DNA of 64,000 nucleotides from an uncultured Gemmatimonadaceae bacterium (GTDB lineage Bacteria > Gemmatimonadota > Gemmatimonadetes > Gemmatimonadales > Gemmatimonadaceae): NCBI GenBank assembly GCA_963817955.1, contig CAWFQK010000002.1, positions 1,088,001 to 1,152,000 of the forward strand, written 5' to 3'. The number at the start of each line of letters is the position of its first letter. Position 1 is the first letter of the stretch. The position numbers and the translations under genes were made by a program. Under the pieces are notes generated by a model. The model ran no database searches and was not told the origin of the DNA. It worked only from the letters and a program-made list of their open reading frames with translations. Positions 61,343 to 64,000 of this stretch are shown here, piece by piece.

Positions 61343-62517
61343 GTGACTGGCAGAAGATCATCCGCGAGAGCGTGGACACTCTCGACAAGCTCGCCGAGAA
61401 GTTCGGACGGGACGTCATCGATGTCGAGGCGCTCCAGCCGGCCTTCGACAACTTCCAGATGCGCATCACGGCGAATACCCTGGCGACGATCAAGGAGATC
61501 GGCGACCCGATGTGGCAGCAGTTCGTGCCCACGACGCAGGAGCTCGACATCGTCGATGGCGTGATCGACTCGCTGGACGAGGACGGCGACTCGCCTGTGC
61601 CGAACATCACCCACCGCTATCCCGACCGCGTGTTGTTCCTGGTGAGTCCGGTGTGTGCTAGCTACTGCCGCTTCTGCACGCGACGGCGCAAGGTCGGTGA
61701 TCCGGAGAAGATTCCGCTCAACCAGTACGACTCGGCCTTCGACTACATCCGGAAACACCCCGAGGTCCGCGACGTGATCCTCTCGGGCGGTGATCCGATG
61801 ATGCTGTCGGACCGCCGGCTGGAGTACATCTTCCAGCGCCTCCGCGAGATTCCGCATATCGAAATCATCCGCATCGGCAGCCGCATCACGTCCCATCTGC
61901 CGTCGCGCATCACGCCTGAGTTCTGCGAGATGGTCAAGAAGTACCATCCCGTGTACATGAACACCCATTTCAATCATCCCGCCGAGCTCACTCCGGAGAC
62001 GGTGGCGGCACTGGCGCGGCTCGCTAACGCCGGTGTGCCGCTGGGGAGCCAGACCGTGCTCCTGCGCGGCGTGAACGACGACCCCATGATCATGAAGGAG
62101 CTGATGCAGAAGCTCCTGAAGGCGCGCGTTCGCCCCTACTACATCTATATGGCCGATCAGGTGGCGGGCGGTGAGCACTTCCGCACCACTGTAGAGAAGG
62201 GGCTCAAGATCGTGAAGGCGCTCCGTGGCTGGACGAGCGGCCTGGCCGTGCCGCACTTCGTGATTGACGCGCCAGGAGGCGGCGGCAAGGTGCCGCTACT
62301 CCCCGAGTATGTGGAGGAGATCAATGAGGACGAAGTGATCTTCCGGAACTACGAGGGGCAGCGCTTCGTCTACAAACAGCCCCGCCTGCCGGCGATCGCC
62401 GCGAGCGCATGCGGCGACGCGGCAGCGGCTGAGTCGGATATCGTTCCCATTCAGACTGGCAAGAACCCGCGGCCGAAACGGAAGACGGTGGCGCGGAAAC
62501 AACGCACCGGGACCTGA
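61339..62517 (+). CDS. kamA: KamA-family radical SAM aminomutase (lysine 2,3-aminomutase-like)
   Basis: THRYPDRVL, CASYCRFCTRRR, LSGGDP, THFNHP, DAPGGGGKVP (PLP lysine). Confidence 0.93.
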   Translation: MSDWQKIIRESVDTLDKLAEKFGRDVIDVEALQPAFDNFQMRITANTLATIKEIGDPMWQQFVPTTQELDIVDGVIDSLDEDGDSPVPNITHRYPDRVLFLVSPVCASYCRFCTRRRKVGDPEKIPLNQYDSAFDYIRKHPEVRDVILSGGDPMMLSDRRLEYIFQRLREIPHIEIIRIGSRITSHLPSRITPEFCEMVKKYHPVYMNTHFNHPAELTPETVAALARLANAGVPLGSQTVLLRGVNDDPMIMKELMQKLLKARVRPYYIYMADQVAGGEHFRTTVEKGLKIVKALRGWTSGLAVPHFVIDAPGGGGKVPLLPEYVEEINEDEVIFRNYEGQRFVYKQPRLPAIAASACGDAAAAESDIVPIQTGKNPRPKRKTVARKQRTGT

Positions 62518-62544
62518 GCGGCACCACCGTCCGTCCGCCGCCGC

Positions 62545-64000
62545 TCAGGGCACGTCTGGTCCTGGGTCCTTCAACTCGTCTTTCCTGAGAAACGGCACAC
62601 CGTCCGTCATCCACTTTGGTGCCGGCGCGCCCTTCAGGTAGTGATCGAAGAACTGAAAGTAGCGGATCGTGAGATCCTTTCGGTTCGCCAGACCACGCAG
62701 CCCGTGACCCTCGCCTGGGTAAGCGAGCAGGATCGCGTTCTTTCCGTTGTAGCGGAGCGCATTGTAGAAATTGAGTCCCTCTATGAACGACACGGTCGGA
62801 TCCGCCGTCCCGTGCATGATCAGGATCGGCTCCGTCACCTCCGGCACGTGCGTGAGCGCCGACTCATTGCGATAGAGTTCCGGCTTCTCCCATGGGGACA
62901 CGCCCCACCGCCCCTGGCCATAGATGTAGTACTCGTTCCCATTGGCTCCGCTGCCGCCGCTCACTTGGTACGACCAGCCCCATTCCTGGTTGAAATCGGT
63001 GAAGAGATCCGTGACACCGGCTCCCACGCCGACCGCCGCGAACATGCGTGACCTCGTCGCAATGAACGCCGCGCCCTCCCCGCCGTAGCTATGGCCGTTC
63101 AACCCGATGTGCTTCGGATCCGCATAGCCCATTGCGATCACTTTGCGCGTCGCCGCCTCCACTGCGTCCAACTGGTCCGTATGCGACGACCCGGTGTGGT
63201 AGTACACGTCGGGGACCATCATGATGTAACCGCGACTTACCCCCTCGGTGGGCGACGCGCCCATCCCCGTCAGATACGACGGCGCTGAATAGCGATTCAG
63301 GTTCTGTGTGTTCTTCTCGTAGAAGTTCACGATCATGGGACGCTTCTCGCCGGACTTGTAATCATCCGGCAGCGTGAGCATACCCTGCAGCTTGTGCCCG
63401 TCGCGATCGGCGAAGTCGAACAGGATGCGATGGCCCCACTGATACTCCGCCTGCTGTGGATTGGCATTGGTAATACGTTTCGCGCTCTTGAAATCCGGCC
63501 CGGACACGTAGACATCAGGGAACTCGGCGAAAGTCTGCCGCGTGAACAGGAACTGGTCAGCCTTTGCCGCCCGCGCCGGCACACTGAACGCCGCATCGTC
63601 ATAGACGATTTCACTCAGCCGCCCATTTTCCAGACGGTAGAACCCGTCTTTCTTCGTCAGCTCGCCAAACACCGAGAGCGTCACGGGGGCGGCAAGATCG
63701 ATCTCCTGACCCGTGCGTATTCGGCGGCTCGCGGTGGAATCGATCGGCGCCGTCCGCGCGAGACGAAGCGACATACGATTCTTTGCGCCAACGCCAGCGG
63801 TGATATTCCGCGCTGCCGACGCGCCATCGAGCGGCAGCAGCCACAGATCGTATTTCGCCTCGACCACCACGTTCTTGCCATCGCTCGTGTAGGCGGCCAC
63901 ACCGTACGGTGGCTTGGGCCCGGGATGGTCGAACTCCGAGTTCGCGAAGTTCGGCGCGCCGGCTCCGAGGACGACCGACGTGCCCGCATCGAGATCATAG
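62545..64000 (-). CDS. S9 prolyl oligopeptidase-family peptidase, 3' part
   Basis: GHSYGG nucleophile, HGTAD, GEGHG; gene begins beyond the window end. Confidence 0.93.
   Translation of the reverse strand, partial: YDLDAGTSVVLGAGAPNFANSEFDHPGPKPPYGVAAYTSDGKNVVVEAKYDLWLLPLDGASAARNITAGVGAKNRMSLRLARTAPIDSTASRRIRTGQEIDLAAPVTLSVFGELTKKDGFYRLENGRLSEIVYDDAAFSVPARAAKADQFLFTRQTFAEFPDVYVSGPDFKSAKRITNANPQQAEYQWGHRILFDFADRDGHKLQGMLTLPDDYKSGEKRPMIVNFYEKNTQNLNRYSAPSYLTGMGASPTEGVSRGYIMMVPDVYYHTGSSHTDQLDAVEAATRKVIAMGYADPKHIGLNGHSYGGEGAAFIATRSRMFAAVGVGAGVTDLFTDFNQEWGWSYQVSGGSGANGNEYYIYGQGRWGVSPWEKPELYRNESALTHVPEVTEPILIMHGTADPTVSFIEGLNFYNALRYNGKNAILLAYPGEGHGLRGLANRKDLTIRYFQFFDHYLKGAPAPKWMTDGVPFLRKDELKDPGPDVP

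Noticed and set aside
60778..62517. Genuine GNAT-KamA fusion of 579 aa
   Set aside because: The GNAT C-terminal motifs are in another frame; explained by one inserted base.
61339..62517. EpmB for EF-P modification
   Set aside because: No efp or epmA adjacent; it sits in an ATP-grasp operon.

Overview
GC-rich bacterial chromosomal window; gene content and intergenic repeat style suggest Gemmatimonadota (inference). Mostly housekeeping and metabolic genes: leuS (partial), an orphan chemoreceptor, a K+ channel, glycosylasparaginase, a cNMP-domain/aspartase fusion, a caa3-type cytochrome c oxidase operon, dacB, gyrA, sucB-lpdA, an ECF sigma/anti-sigma pair, otsAB, rnhA, thyX and several peptidases. 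The standout is 30.8-34.1 kb: two unrelated, apparently intact IS110 elements sit about 260 bp apart, each inserted at a CT core into a different REP-like repeat. The upstream non-coding end of each contains a bridge RNA whose guides match its own reconstructed target and donor junctions. Also notable: a ~1.1 kb phase-locked degenerate 21-nt array after thyX, and an operon of two ATP-grasp ligases, a GNAT and a lysine 2,3-aminomutase-family enzyme with unknown product. Two single-base frameshifts (about 52386 and 61135) may be sequencing errors. No tRNA, rRNA or CRISPR array was recognised.
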